A stretch of 53,751 nt of DNA from a virus (lineage: Duplodnaviria > Heunggongvirae > Uroviricota > Caudoviricetes), in the IMG/VR virus record IMGVR_UViG_2698536392_000015, positions 1-53,751 of that record. One strand, written 5' to 3'. A program made the translations under genes and the position numbers. Shown here piece after piece: positions 37,465 to 47,270 of the stretch (position 1 is the stretch's first letter; the number at the start of each line of letters is the position of its first letter). The notes below the pieces were generated by a model. It ran no database searches, was not told the DNA's origin, and saw nothing but the letters and a program-made list of their open reading frames with translations.

Positions 37465-39519
37465 ATGGCAAAAAACCTGAAAGCCTCCCTGATTGTCGAT
37501 TTACTCGGCAATGTTTCCGCCAAATCCCGCCAGTGGTCACAGGAGCTGGGAGCGTTCTCCCGCGTCGGCAGGACGGGGCTGGGTGGTATTGGAAATGCAG
37601 CCCGCCGTGCCGGTCAGGAGACAGAGCTTGTCGGCTCCCGTATGCAGCGTACGCTTGCCGGTGTCCGTGGCAGTATCCGCACGGTAACGTCGGATTTTGA
37701 CCGTCTTCAGGGCAGTATTACCGGCACACTGGGACGTCTCAGCAACCTTTACGGGATGCTGGCAGGAGGGGCTGCGGTCTACGGTTTTAATAAAGCCTTT
37801 ATCCGCCCGGCCGCAGAGATGGAGAACTATATTCTGCGTCTCAATGCCATTAATCATGGCGATACGGCAAAAACGGAAGCAGTGAAAGCCTGGGCGGTAC
37901 AGAACGCAAAGGAAACCACCTGGGGGCTGGCGGGGGTTATGCAGGAATACGCCTCCAGTCGCGGGTTCGGTATGAGTGACAGGGAAGCCCGCCGCTTTAT
38001 TACCATGCTTCAGGATCAGGGCGGCTATCACGGCTGGTCACTGTCAGATGCACAGGGTGCGTCCCTGCAACTCAAACAGATGTTTTCCCGCCAGAGTATC
38101 CAGGCCGCAGACGCCAATATCCTGACCGGATACGGGATAAACGTTTACCAGTTGCTGGCCGATAAACTGGGTGTAAACCAGAAGATCATCCGTGAGAAAG
38201 GCGAGAAAGGAAAACTGGGATCGGACAGCATTCGGCTGTTATTTCAGGTGATGGCCGAACAGGCAAAAGGTGCCCAGAAAAACGCCATGAACTCATGGAC
38301 AGGGATGACATCCATGATGGGCGACGTCTGGGACGGATTTGCCCGTGAAGTAATGGCAAAAGGGCCATTTGACAGCCTGAAAAAGAGCCTGAAAGGCTTC
38401 CTGGATTATGCCGATGCGGCACAGAAAAGCGGCTTACAGGACAAGCTGGCCACACAAACAGCCTCAGCCCTGAATCAGGGGTTTGAGTATGCCAGAGACG
38501 CAGCGACGGGTTTTTACCGGGCCATTCAGAAAGTCAGGGAAACGCTTCAGGCATTGCGTGACGCTGGTTATGGCGATGCGCTGAATCGCATTGGTCAGGG
38601 CGCACAGACCGCCGCGAAATATCTCCTGTATATGTATCTCGCCACCCGTGCGCTGAAGGCTGTCCGCGCCATAGGTCTTGGGGTGCTGCGACCGGGGGCG
38701 GTATTGTTGGGGTACGGGTTATCCACGGCCGCTGTGCTGACCTCACCTTTTCGTAAACCGCAGACCACCGTTCCGGGCACGCAGCCAGGACGTGGCCAGC
38801 GTTTTATGAACTTTCTTACCGGGGTAAATCCTGCTGCCGTTCAGCCCGTACTGGTCACCAACTGGCCTGCGGGTGGTCTGGCATCAGGTGGCGGGGATGT
38901 GCTGGTCAGCGGTGACGGCAAAACCGTGCGCGGTCGTAAAAAACGCGGCCCCGGACGTGGGCGGGGTGTTTCGACCGTTGTGACCGCAGGCGAACAACTG
39001 GCAGAGAGTGCCGGTAAACAGGGCTTCTTCGGTCGAATGATGAGCCGTGCCGGTGGTCTGCTTTCGGCTGCCGGAAACCGCATGGGACTGGGGCGTTTTG
39101 CCGGGCTTTTCCGTGGTGCTGGTCGGCTGGGTGGTGGTGCCCTGTGGGCCGGTGCCATGGCGGCTCCTGTACTGCTGGACAGCAGTGCCAGTGCCGTTGA
39201 TAAAGCCGGTGCCGTGGGTTCCCTTGCCGGAAGTATCGCCGGTGGTGCGCTGGGGGCTGCCGCCGGTCCGGTCGGGGTTGCCATTGGTTCCACGGTGGGC
39301 AGTTATCTCGGTGATTATCTGGGGGGATGGCTGACCGAAGCCTGGCAGAAATTACGGGGCAGTGATGAAAATGGCGGACAGGCCACCGCGAAAACCGCCG
39401 CACGGGTGGAGCTTGTGGCCCCTGAAGGCTGGCGGGCACGCAGTATTGATGTGGATGATACCGCACAGCATGGCCTGGATGTGAACGTCTGGAACGGAGG
39501 GAACTATGGCCTCTACTGA
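37465..39519 (+). CDS. Tail tape measure protein
   Basis: 684 aa, Gly/Ala-rich C-terminal region, position after the chaperone. Confidence 0.8.
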   Translation: MAKNLKASLIVDLLGNVSAKSRQWSQELGAFSRVGRTGLGGIGNAARRAGQETELVGSRMQRTLAGVRGSIRTVTSDFDRLQGSITGTLGRLSNLYGMLAGGAAVYGFNKAFIRPAAEMENYILRLNAINHGDTAKTEAVKAWAVQNAKETTWGLAGVMQEYASSRGFGMSDREARRFITMLQDQGGYHGWSLSDAQGASLQLKQMFSRQSIQAADANILTGYGINVYQLLADKLGVNQKIIREKGEKGKLGSDSIRLLFQVMAEQAKGAQKNAMNSWTGMTSMMGDVWDGFAREVMAKGPFDSLKKSLKGFLDYADAAQKSGLQDKLATQTASALNQGFEYARDAATGFYRAIQKVRETLQALRDAGYGDALNRIGQGAQTAAKYLLYMYLATRALKAVRAIGLGVLRPGAVLLGYGLSTAAVLTSPFRKPQTTVPGTQPGRGQRFMNFLTGVNPAAVQPVLVTNWPAGGLASGGGDVLVSGDGKTVRGRKKRGPGRGRGVSTVVTAGEQLAESAGKQGFFGRMMSRAGGLLSAAGNRMGLGRFAGLFRGAGRLGGGALWAGAMAAPVLLDSSASAVDKAGAVGSLAGSIAGGALGAAAGPVGVAIGSTVGSYLGDYLGGWLTEAWQKLRGSDENGGQATAKTAARVELVAPEGWRARSIDVDDTAQHGLDVNVWNGGNYGLY

Positions 39520-40864
39520 CACGCCGGGGCGTGGCTCCTTTCGTGGTGTACCGTTTCTGGTTTATCAGGAACAACGGGAACGGGGCGGACGTAACATTGT
39601 ACGCCGTGAATATCCTCTGCGGGAAAGCGGCGGCGCGGATGATTTGGGGCCAAAACTCCCGGAGTTTACATTCACGGCTCTTGTGATCGGCGATGATCTT
39701 CAGACGCAGCGAAGCCGCCTGCGGGATGCGCTGCGGGCACCCGGTGCCGGTGAACTGATGCACCCGGATTACGGCACCTTAAACGTGCTGATAAACAGCT
39801 TTGAAAGCCGTTATAACGCCAGCGAACAGGGAACGGTTGAGTTCACAATCAACGTGATCCCCGCCTGTGATGATACCGCACCGGCGGTGGCTGAAGACAC
39901 GGCTGCCGTTCTGGAGCAGAAAAGCGGTTCAGCAATGAATCAGTTGTTTAACACGCTTTCAGACGGCTGGACAGTGATTTCAGACGGCCTGCATGATGTG
40001 CAGGCCATGACCGACACCATCAGCGATAAAATTGATGCGCTGGAGAATGCAGTTTCGGGAATGGGGATTGTGCAGGATATCAGTGCCTTTACGGCCAGTT
40101 TCACTGCCCTGAAAGGGAATGCTGCCGCCCTGATTAATTCGCCCCATCGCATGGCTGAATCTCTGGCCGGAATGTTTGCGGTGCTGACGGGACTGCCCGG
40201 CGATCCTTCCCTGTCACTGACCGGGAAGGCCGCAACGCCGTCCGGCAGCCTGACCACAAACCGTGACAGCATGACAGAGCAGGCAATGCCGCAACTGTAC
40301 CGCACACTTTCTTCCCTGCGTTATACCCTCAGCGGGCAGGATGATCCGCAGATCCTGATTGGTCTGACGCCTGCGGCACAGAAAAATATCTGTCTTCTGC
40401 GGACAGTCATGCAGAGCGCAACCCTGGTGTCACAGGCGCAGACGGTAGGAAAACTGCTGGATCAGGTCGTCCGGCAGAGTGCGACGCACGTTCAGGATAC
40501 TGACCGGGAGGGCGGACTGGCCTGGCTGGAAAGTTCTGCCGATGTGCAGCGGCTCAACCGGGATTTGAGTGATGCCCTGGAACAACAGGTGCTGGATTTG
40601 TCCGCACAGGGCCATACCGGAACCGCCCTTGCATTACGTGATGCCAGGCTTGCGCTGACAGAGGATTTAACAACGCGTAGCGTTCATCTTCCCGGCGCTT
40701 CTCAGGTCATGGTGCGAACCACCGAACCGGCACTGGTCACACTGTACCGTGCCACCGGCAACAGCCGCCGCTGGCAGTATTTTGTCCGCAGGAACAACAT
40801 CCCTGATCCGGTTTTTGTTCCTGGTGGTCGCAGTGTGGAGGTGATCAGTGAGCAGCATGATTGA
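39506..40864 (+). CDS. DNA circulation protein (Mu N-like)
   Basis: 452 aa after tape measure. Confidence 0.7.
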   Translation: MASTDTPGRGSFRGVPFLVYQEQRERGGRNIVRREYPLRESGGADDLGPKLPEFTFTALVIGDDLQTQRSRLRDALRAPGAGELMHPDYGTLNVLINSFESRYNASEQGTVEFTINVIPACDDTAPAVAEDTAAVLEQKSGSAMNQLFNTLSDGWTVISDGLHDVQAMTDTISDKIDALENAVSGMGIVQDISAFTASFTALKGNAAALINSPHRMAESLAGMFAVLTGLPGDPSLSLTGKAATPSGSLTTNRDSMTEQAMPQLYRTLSSLRYTLSGQDDPQILIGLTPAAQKNICLLRTVMQSATLVSQAQTVGKLLDQVVRQSATHVQDTDREGGLAWLESSADVQRLNRDLSDALEQQVLDLSAQGHTGTALALRDARLALTEDLTTRSVHLPGASQVMVRTTEPALVTLYRATGNSRRWQYFVRRNNIPDPVFVPGGRSVEVISEQHD

Positions 40865-41972
40865 GCTGTATATTGGTGGCAGTATTTTTTCCGGCTGGCT
40901 GACAGTAAGCGTCCGTCGTTCTCTGGAGCATCTGGCCGGGTCGTTTGAACTGGGGCTGATGCTGCCCGGTGAGCGCATCCCCTCAGCCCTGCGGACCGGT
41001 CAGTCCCTGACGCTCAGAATTAACGGGCAGACGGTCATCAGTGGCTGGCTGGATCAGGTCAGTCAGCGGATCAGTGCAACCCGTCATCAGATCAGCATCA
41101 GCGGTCGGGATAAAACCGGCGACCTGGTGGACTGTGCCGCCATCCATCCCGGCAGTCAGTGGCGAAACCGGACGCTGGCACAGATTGCCGCAGATTTATG
41201 TGCGCCCTTCGGAATAGCCGTGCGCTGGCAGGTTAACGACGACACGGCTGCACGCCCCTTCAGCTCTTTTACCCTGGAAAACTCAGAAACCGTGGCGGAT
41301 GCGCTGACCCGTGCGGCCCGGCATCGTGGGGTGCTGGTGACCAGTAATGCTGACGGCGATCTGGTGTTCACCCAGGCAGGAAATCAGCAGACGGACAGAC
41401 TGGTGCTGGGGGAAAACCTGCTTGATGCCGATTACAACACGGACTGGCGCGGACGATACAGCGAATACCGTGTCCGGGGGCATGGACGCGGTGGTGGCAA
41501 ACGGGGAGACAGCGAATCCGCCGCCCGGCTGGCGGCCCCTGTGGGTGTCATCAGTGATGATCAGATCGGTCGCTACCGGCCGAAAATCATCCTCGCCGAT
41601 CAACAGACAGACACCTCCGGTGCACGGCAGCGCGCCCTGCGGGAGATGCGCCGTGCGGTTGCCCGTTCAGAACGGTTTTCCGCCACCGTGCGTGGCTGGT
41701 TCCGGGATGATGGCCGGTTATGGGATGTCAATCTGCTGACCGGTGTTTCGGCCCTGCGTTTCGGTATCGAACAGACTGAACTTCTGGTCTGCCAGGTGGA
41801 GTTTTTACTGGATGAGCAGAACGGGGAAGTCACCCGGCTGGTACTGGCACCGCGTGACGGCTTTATCGTTCCGGCAGAGCCGGACAGTAAGGGGCGTGGT
41901 GGTTCCGGTGATGATGTTGATGCCTTTATTCGCCAGCAGATGAAAAAACAGGGGATCAGCTTTGATGAATGA
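40848..41972 (+). CDS. Baseplate/tail protein (Mu P-like)
   Basis: 374 aa; conserved order. Confidence 0.7.
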   Translation: MSSMIELYIGGSIFSGWLTVSVRRSLEHLAGSFELGLMLPGERIPSALRTGQSLTLRINGQTVISGWLDQVSQRISATRHQISISGRDKTGDLVDCAAIHPGSQWRNRTLAQIAADLCAPFGIAVRWQVNDDTAARPFSSFTLENSETVADALTRAARHRGVLVTSNADGDLVFTQAGNQQTDRLVLGENLLDADYNTDWRGRYSEYRVRGHGRGGGKRGDSESAARLAAPVGVISDDQIGRYRPKIILADQQTDTSGARQRALREMRRAVARSERFSATVRGWFRDDGRLWDVNLLTGVSALRFGIEQTELLVCQVEFLLDEQNGEVTRLVLAPRDGFIVPAEPDSKGRGGSGDDVDAFIRQQMKKQGISFDE

Positions 41973-42576
41973 TGAAGTGTTCAGCCGCCTGATTGCCCCG
42001 GTAACTCGCGGCATTCGCCTGCTGTTTGGCCGCGGCGTTCTGACCGGCACACATGACGAACTGAAAATGCAGAATGTGCAGCTTACCGGCATGGACGGCG
42101 AAACCTTTGATGATGTGGAGCGTCCCCAGCAGTACGGGCAGATCAGCGTTCCCCTGCCGGGTGCGGAAACCTTTTTTGCCTGTCTGGGCGGGCAGCGTGA
42201 TCAGACCGTGGTGCTTGTGGTGGAAGACCGCCGCAGTCGCCCGACCGGACTCACTTCCGGAGATACCGGCGTGTATCACCATGAGGGGCACCGTATACGT
42301 CTTACCCGCGACGGGAGGATCATCGTGACCTGTAAGACGCTGGAGATTTACGCCGATGAAGGTGTTCAGGTGGATACACCGGAAGCCACTTTTACGGGCA
42401 ATGTCACGGTGGATAAAAACCTGCATATCAAAGGTAATCTGACCATTGACGGCACAGGAAAATCACAGGGTACGTTCACGATGTCCGAGGCTGTTATTGC
42501 CGGAATCACCTATTCCGGCCATGTACATCATGATAACGGTGAAGGCAGTAAGACAGGAGCGCCGGAGAATGGCTGA
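41962..42576 (+). CDS. Baseplate spike/assembly protein (Mu gp45-like)
   Basis: 204 aa; position. Confidence 0.65.
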   Translation: MMNDEVFSRLIAPVTRGIRLLFGRGVLTGTHDELKMQNVQLTGMDGETFDDVERPQQYGQISVPLPGAETFFACLGGQRDQTVVLVVEDRRSRPTGLTSGDTGVYHHEGHRIRLTRDGRIIVTCKTLEIYADEGVQVDTPEATFTGNVTVDKNLHIKGNLTIDGTGKSQGTFTMSEAVIAGITYSGHVHHDNGEGSKTGAPENG

Positions 42577-43006
42577 TATTGCAATTGTGTGGGATAAGGG
42601 ATGCGGTTCGCTGCAACTGAACGGTGCAGACCTGCTGACAGATGACAGCCTGATGACAGCGGTTCTGATTTCACTGTTCACTGACCGCCGGGCACTGACG
42701 TCGGATGAAATCCCTGATGGCACTCGTGACCGCCGGGGATGGTGGGGAGACAGCTTTCGCCAGCGTCCCATTGGCTCCCGTCTGTGGCTTCTCAGCCGGG
42801 AAAAAACGCTGGCCTCTGTGATAAGCCGTGCCCGTGCCTACGCGGATGAGGCGCTGGGCTGGCTCAGTCAGGATGGCGTGGCGTCATCCGTGGTCTGTCA
42901 TGCAGAACGTGTGGGGCACGCGCGGCTGGCGCTTTCGGTGCGCATAACCCTGCCTGATGGTTCGGTAAGACCCATGATTTTTTATGCTGATCTTAAGGGG
43001 GAGTAA
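42569..43006 (+). CDS. Baseplate protein (gp25/GpW-like)
   Basis: Start MADIAIVW at 42569; track ORF 42446..43006. Confidence 0.65.
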   Translation: MADIAIVWDKGCGSLQLNGADLLTDDSLMTAVLISLFTDRRALTSDEIPDGTRDRRGWWGDSFRQRPIGSRLWLLSREKTLASVISRARAYADEALGWLSQDGVASSVVCHAERVGHARLALSVRITLPDGSVRPMIFYADLKGE

Positions 43007-44088
43007 TGCCTTATCAGCCTTTACCGCTGGCACAGTTAATCACGCAGACACAGCAGGATATCAGCCAGCGTCTTCCCGGTTCGCAGCCGGGCGTGAATGA
43101 AACCACCCTGAATGCCATTGCGTATGCTCAGGCAGGATTGTCTGCACAGGAGCATGAACATCTGGCCTGGATTGCACGTCAGATCATCCCGACAGAAGCC
43201 GATGAAGCCGAGTTGCTGAAGCACTGCGCTTTCTGGGGTGTCATGCGTAAACCCGCCTCACGGGGTGACGGGCCGGTTCAGCTGATGCTGACCACGGATG
43301 CGGGGATCACGGAAGGTGTGCTTCTCCAGCGCAGTGACGGCGTGGTTTACCGCATCACCTCCTCACTGACCGGTAAAGCCGGTACGCTGAATGTCAGTGT
43401 GGAGGCCGAAAGTGCCGGTCGTGCGGGAAATGCCCCGGCAGGGACGAAACTGACGTTTGTCACTCCGCAGGCGGGGATCAACCAGACGGCCACGGTGACC
43501 GGAACAGGGATCACCGGTGGTGCGGATGTGGAAACGGTGCCGGAGCTGCTTTCCCGTCTGGTTTTCCGGGTGCAGAATCCGCCGTCCGGCGGTACACAGT
43601 ACGATTTTGAACGCTGGGCGCGTGAAGTGCCGGGGGTGACGCGGGCATGGTGCCGCCCGGAATGGCCGCAGGCGGGCTGCGTGGGGGTGACGTTCGTTCA
43701 GGACAACAACCCGGACATTTTTCCCGGTGAAGGTGATGTGAAACGTGTGGCGGATTATATCCGCAGTCATGATGATCCGGCGACCGGTCAGCCTGTCGGT
43801 CAGCCGCTGGGGCCGACGGTGACCGTGTTTAAACTGACCAATAAGCCAGTGCCCTTCAGTATCAGGATCATCCCGAAAACACCGGAGAATCAGGCGGCAG
43901 TAAAACAGGCACTGACCGACCTGTTATACAACGAATCCCGCCCCGGCGGTCTGGTTCTGGCGTCGTCTTTCTGGCGTGCCGTGGCGGGGGTGAAAAATCT
44001 GGAGGATTTTGAAGTGCGCAGCCCGCTGACGTCGGTTCAGGCGGGAGACAGCGAGCTGCTGACAGTGGGGGAAATCACATGGCTGTAA
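43006..44088 (+). CDS. Baseplate J-like protein
   Basis: 360 aa; position between gp25-like and tail fibre genes. Confidence 0.75.
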   Translation: MPYQPLPLAQLITQTQQDISQRLPGSQPGVNETTLNAIAYAQAGLSAQEHEHLAWIARQIIPTEADEAELLKHCAFWGVMRKPASRGDGPVQLMLTTDAGITEGVLLQRSDGVVYRITSSLTGKAGTLNVSVEAESAGRAGNAPAGTKLTFVTPQAGINQTATVTGTGITGGADVETVPELLSRLVFRVQNPPSGGTQYDFERWAREVPGVTRAWCRPEWPQAGCVGVTFVQDNNPDIFPGEGDVKRVADYIRSHDDPATGQPVGQPLGPTVTVFKLTNKPVPFSIRIIPKTPENQAAVKQALTDLLYNESRPGGLVLASSFWRAVAGVKNLEDFEVRSPLTSVQAGDSELLTVGEITWL

Positions 44089-44639
44089 CCCTCACTCCGC
44101 ATCAGCGCGCCCTGTTGCAGTTGCTGCCTGACGGACTGGCCTGGGACAAGCGGCCGTCATCCGTACTGGCTGCGTTATGCCTTGGCCTCAGCCATTCCAC
44201 CGAACGTGTTGCATGGACGGGAAAACAACTGCTGGCAGAACGTTTCCCTGACAGTTCCCGTCTGCTTCTGGAAGACTGGGAGCGTTATCTCGGCCTTCCC
44301 GAGTGTGATATGGCCGGAGCCACCATCACAGAACGACAGCGTTATGCCGGGAATAAATACCGGATGAAGCCTTCGCTGAACCGTGAATTTTATATCAGGT
44401 TTGCGGCAGAGTTTGGTTATGAAATAGATATTCAGCCATCACCGGATTCACAGTGGGTCAGTATTGTCACGATAAACAGTGAAACCGGCTACCGGAATAT
44501 GAATGTGCTGGATGATATTCTCACGCCGCTGCGTATTTATGAGGGCGGTGCGCTGGAATGTATTCTGAATCGTTATAAGCCTGCATGGCAGACGTTTATT
44601 TACGTGTATGCAAACAGTCACGAAGAGGAGAATATTTAA
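44079..44639 (+). CDS. Tail protein (Mu gp48-like)
   Basis: 186 aa between baseplate J and fibre. Confidence 0.65.
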   Translation: MAVTLTPHQRALLQLLPDGLAWDKRPSSVLAALCLGLSHSTERVAWTGKQLLAERFPDSSRLLLEDWERYLGLPECDMAGATITERQRYAGNKYRMKPSLNREFYIRFAAEFGYEIDIQPSPDSQWVSIVTINSETGYRNMNVLDDILTPLRIYEGGALECILNRYKPAWQTFIYVYANSHEEENI

Positions 44640-45550
44640 TGTTCCATGTTGATAATAATTCCGGCGTGGCGAATATGCCTGAACTGGCTCCGGCGCAGAG
44701 TAATACCACCACCTGGTTTACCGAGGGGGACGGACAAAAAGGTATCAGCTGGATTGGTCAGGACTGGCTGAATATTCTCCAGGCCGAACTGCTGAATATC
44801 CTGGATGAAGCCAGTATTCAGCCGGATAAGGCGCAGTTAAACCAGCTTACGCTGTCTATTAAAGCCATTATCGCTGCGAATGCTTTTTCCCGGAAAAATA
44901 ACCTGAAAGAAATTGCTGATGCCGGTGCGGAGGCCCAGCGTCTGGCCCGTGGTTATCTTGGTCTGGGGACGCTTGCCACAAAAAACAGTCTTGGTCCCGG
45001 TGACGTTAATGCCCTGGCGAAGGATCAGAATCTCGCCGACCTGGAGAATAAGGAAACCGCCCGTAATAATCTTGATGTTTACAGCAAGAGCGAAGGTGAT
45101 AACCGTTACCTGCGCAGGGAACAGAATGGTAAAGATATTGCGAACAAAAGTGCCTTTATCGATAACCTCGGTTTACGGGAAACGGTAAACAGGGCTGCAA
45201 ATGCCCTGCCATCGAATGGTACAGCCGTAGCGGCAAACAAGCTGTCTGCGGCACGTAAAATTAACGGTGTTGCGTTCGATGGCACAAAGGACATCACTAT
45301 TACATCCGGGATGACCCAGACTACAGCAGACGGCAGATATGTTCGTAATGTGCAACTTGGTGCTCAGAGCCGCCACTCTCCTGCGGGTAATGAAGTCACC
45401 TGGGATTATAAAACGCCAGCAGGTTGTATGCTTTCCGGTATTCATGTACAGGATACCGGCTCCCGGTCTGCGGATAATATCGGTGGGGTCTATTATCGCC
45501 CGGTTCAGATTTATATTAATAATGCCTGGAGAACGGTGAGTTCAGTGTAA
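44639..45550 (+). CDS. Tail fibre protein S (constant part plus expressed variable part)
   Basis: ATG overlaps upstream stop (TAATG); C-terminal part lies inside the invertible segment and is paralogous to the minus-strand cassette. Confidence 0.75.
   Translation: MFHVDNNSGVANMPELAPAQSNTTTWFTEGDGQKGISWIGQDWLNILQAELLNILDEASIQPDKAQLNQLTLSIKAIIAANAFSRKNNLKEIADAGAEAQRLARGYLGLGTLATKNSLGPGDVNALAKDQNLADLENKETARNNLDVYSKSEGDNRYLRREQNGKDIANKSAFIDNLGLRETVNRAANALPSNGTAVAANKLSAARKINGVAFDGTKDITITSGMTQTTADGRYVRNVQLGAQSRHSPAGNEVTWDYKTPAGCMLSGIHVQDTGSRSADNIGGVYYRPVQIYINNAWRTVSSV
45157..45190. repeat. Left recombination site of the invertible segment (gix-like)
   Basis: AACCTCGGTTTACGGGAAAC, matching the gix core as recalled; inverted copy at 46524-46556. 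Confidence 0.7.
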
Positions 45551-45584
45551 ACCACAGAAAAGGGTGCTGAATGCACCCTCTGAA

Positions 45585-46109
45585 TTATTCCGGTTTTTCC
45601 GGCCAGGAAATCGCCTGGTAATGCCCCTCACTGGCAATATCATTAAGGTGCATTTCTTTAAGCTGTCGGATATACGCCATCCAGCGCGTCAGCTGTAATT
45701 TATTTTCATCGCTAATCATGTCCAGTTTTAATTCCGTTTTCCAGTCATCCACAGTTTCGTTGGCTTCCTGGAGCAGCGATGAGCGGCGCTTTTCAGCAAC
45801 CGTATTCCAGTTTACCGGCACCTTTGATATCAGGCCATCAGAAAACTGCCAGTTACCGTCAATATTCACACCTTCTGGCAGTTCGTCCACTTCAACAACA
45901 GTAAAACCTGCCGGATATAAAGCAGAGACATCTTCAGCAACAGAGCAGATAATACCCGTTACAGGCGAAATACAGAGTTTGTATTTCTTTGTGAAAAGCG
46001 GGATAGATTCATAAAAATCCCTTCCGTCCTCACTCTGGAAATACTGAACATCCTCACCATAGGGTTTGTGTTCCGGGTAATATCGTTTTACGTTAATAAG
46101 CTCCATCAT
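45585..46109 (-). CDS. Tail fibre assembly protein (Tfa/U-like)
   Basis: Start MMELINVKRYY at 46109 with AAGGTGA RBS; conserved Tfa-like C-terminus (...WMAYIRQLKEMHLNDIASEGHYQAISWPEKPE). Confidence 0.75.
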   Translation of the reverse strand: MMELINVKRYYPEHKPYGEDVQYFQSEDGRDFYESIPLFTKKYKLCISPVTGIICSVAEDVSALYPAGFTVVEVDELPEGVNIDGNWQFSDGLISKVPVNWNTVAEKRRSSLLQEANETVDDWKTELKLDMISDENKLQLTRWMAYIRQLKEMHLNDIASEGHYQAISWPEKPE

Positions 46110-46185
46110 TTCACCTTGTTTTTGTTGAAAAGACAAAATCATCATATATTTATTCAGATAATCTGTTTTTTGAACTACTGCACTT

Positions 46186-46546
46186 TTATGCGCTGGAAGC
46201 TGTTTTCCACGAACCATCTATCAGAAACTGAACAGGTCGATAATATGCGGTTACCGTTGCATTACCATCACCAGCGACATCAAGCCCTGTAAGTACGCAT
46301 CCGTCAGGAACTTCAAAAATATTATATTGCATTCCAATCGTTGACCTTGAACCTCTTCGAATGCTTTGAACATAACGTAAGTCAGCCACAGACTGCGTCA
46401 TCCCCGATGTAATATTTATATCCTGCGTTCCGTCGAAAGGAACGCCATTAATATTTCTTGGTGTGGCGAGTCTGTTTGCTGCCACGGCGGTTCCATCCGA
46501 TGGCAGGGCATCAGCAGCCTTATTTACCGTATCCCGTAAACCGAGG
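46186..46546 (-). CDS. Promoterless alternative tail-fibre C-terminal cassette (S'v)
   Basis: Paralogous to the S C-terminus (...NGVPFDGTQDINITSGMTQ vs ...[19 protein letters not shown]); open frame runs up to the inverted repeat. Confidence 0.65.
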
Positions 46547-46556
46547 TTTCAGGGAT
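46524..46556. repeat. Right recombination site of the invertible segment (gix-like, inverted)
   Basis: Reverse complement reads AACCTCGGTTTACGGGATAC. Confidence 0.7.
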
Positions 46557-46610
46557 GCCGTATATCTGCTTTAAAAAGCATTTCCACCTCTTTTTAAGGA
46601 AGGTAAATAC

Positions 46611-47171
46611 ATGCTGATTGGCTATATACGCGTATCAACAAATGACCAGAACACCGGTTTACAAAGAAATGCGCTGGAATGTGCAGGATGTGAGCAGATT
46701 TTTGAAGACAAAATGAGCGGAAAAACAACGCAGCGGCCGGGACTGAAGCGGGCACTGAAGAAACTAAAACCCGGTGACACACTGATGGTCTGGAAACTGG
46801 ACAGGCTGGGGCGCAGTATGCGCCACCTTGTTGCGCTGACAGATGAATTACAGCAACAGGGGATAAATTTTCGTAGTCTTACTGACAACATTGATACGTC
46901 AACCCCCATGGGGCGCTTCTTTTTTCACATAATGGGTGCGCTGGCAGAAATGGAGCGTGAATTAATTGTCGAACGGACACGGGCTGGTCTTGCAGCTGCC
47001 CGTGAAAGGGGACGAACCGGCGGCAGACCCCGCCGTCTCACGCAGGAACAATACGAGCAGGTTGGGCGTTTACTGGCCGGGGGTGTCAGTCGAAGACAGG
47101 TGGCACTTATTTTTGATATCGGCCTTTCAACCCTTTATCGTTATTATCCTGCGAGCGTTTCGGAAAAATAA
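46611..47171 (+). CDS. gin: Serine DNA invertase (Gin/Hin/Pin/Cin family)
   Basis: N-terminal MLIGYIRVSTNDQNT...RNALECAGCEQIFEDK and C-terminal HTH match Mu Gin as recalled; adjacent to the invertible segment. Confidence 0.9.
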   Translation: MLIGYIRVSTNDQNTGLQRNALECAGCEQIFEDKMSGKTTQRPGLKRALKKLKPGDTLMVWKLDRLGRSMRHLVALTDELQQQGINFRSLTDNIDTSTPMGRFFFHIMGALAEMERELIVERTRAGLAAARERGRTGGRPRRLTQEQYEQVGRLLAGGVSRRQVALIFDIGLSTLYRYYPASVSEK

Positions 47172-47270
47172 GACGCTCCCTTTGTTGGGCCTTTACTGAA
47201 TTAACGCAAAATGGCGTTTATCGGTCTGTGGATATGATAATTCTGTTTATTCAGGAACAGGCTGATTATT

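Noticed and set aside
38906-39763. 285-aa and 150-aa minus-strand ORFs inside the tape measure gene
   Set aside because: Pro/Arg/His-rich products from the antisense strand of a GC-rich gene; no start context.
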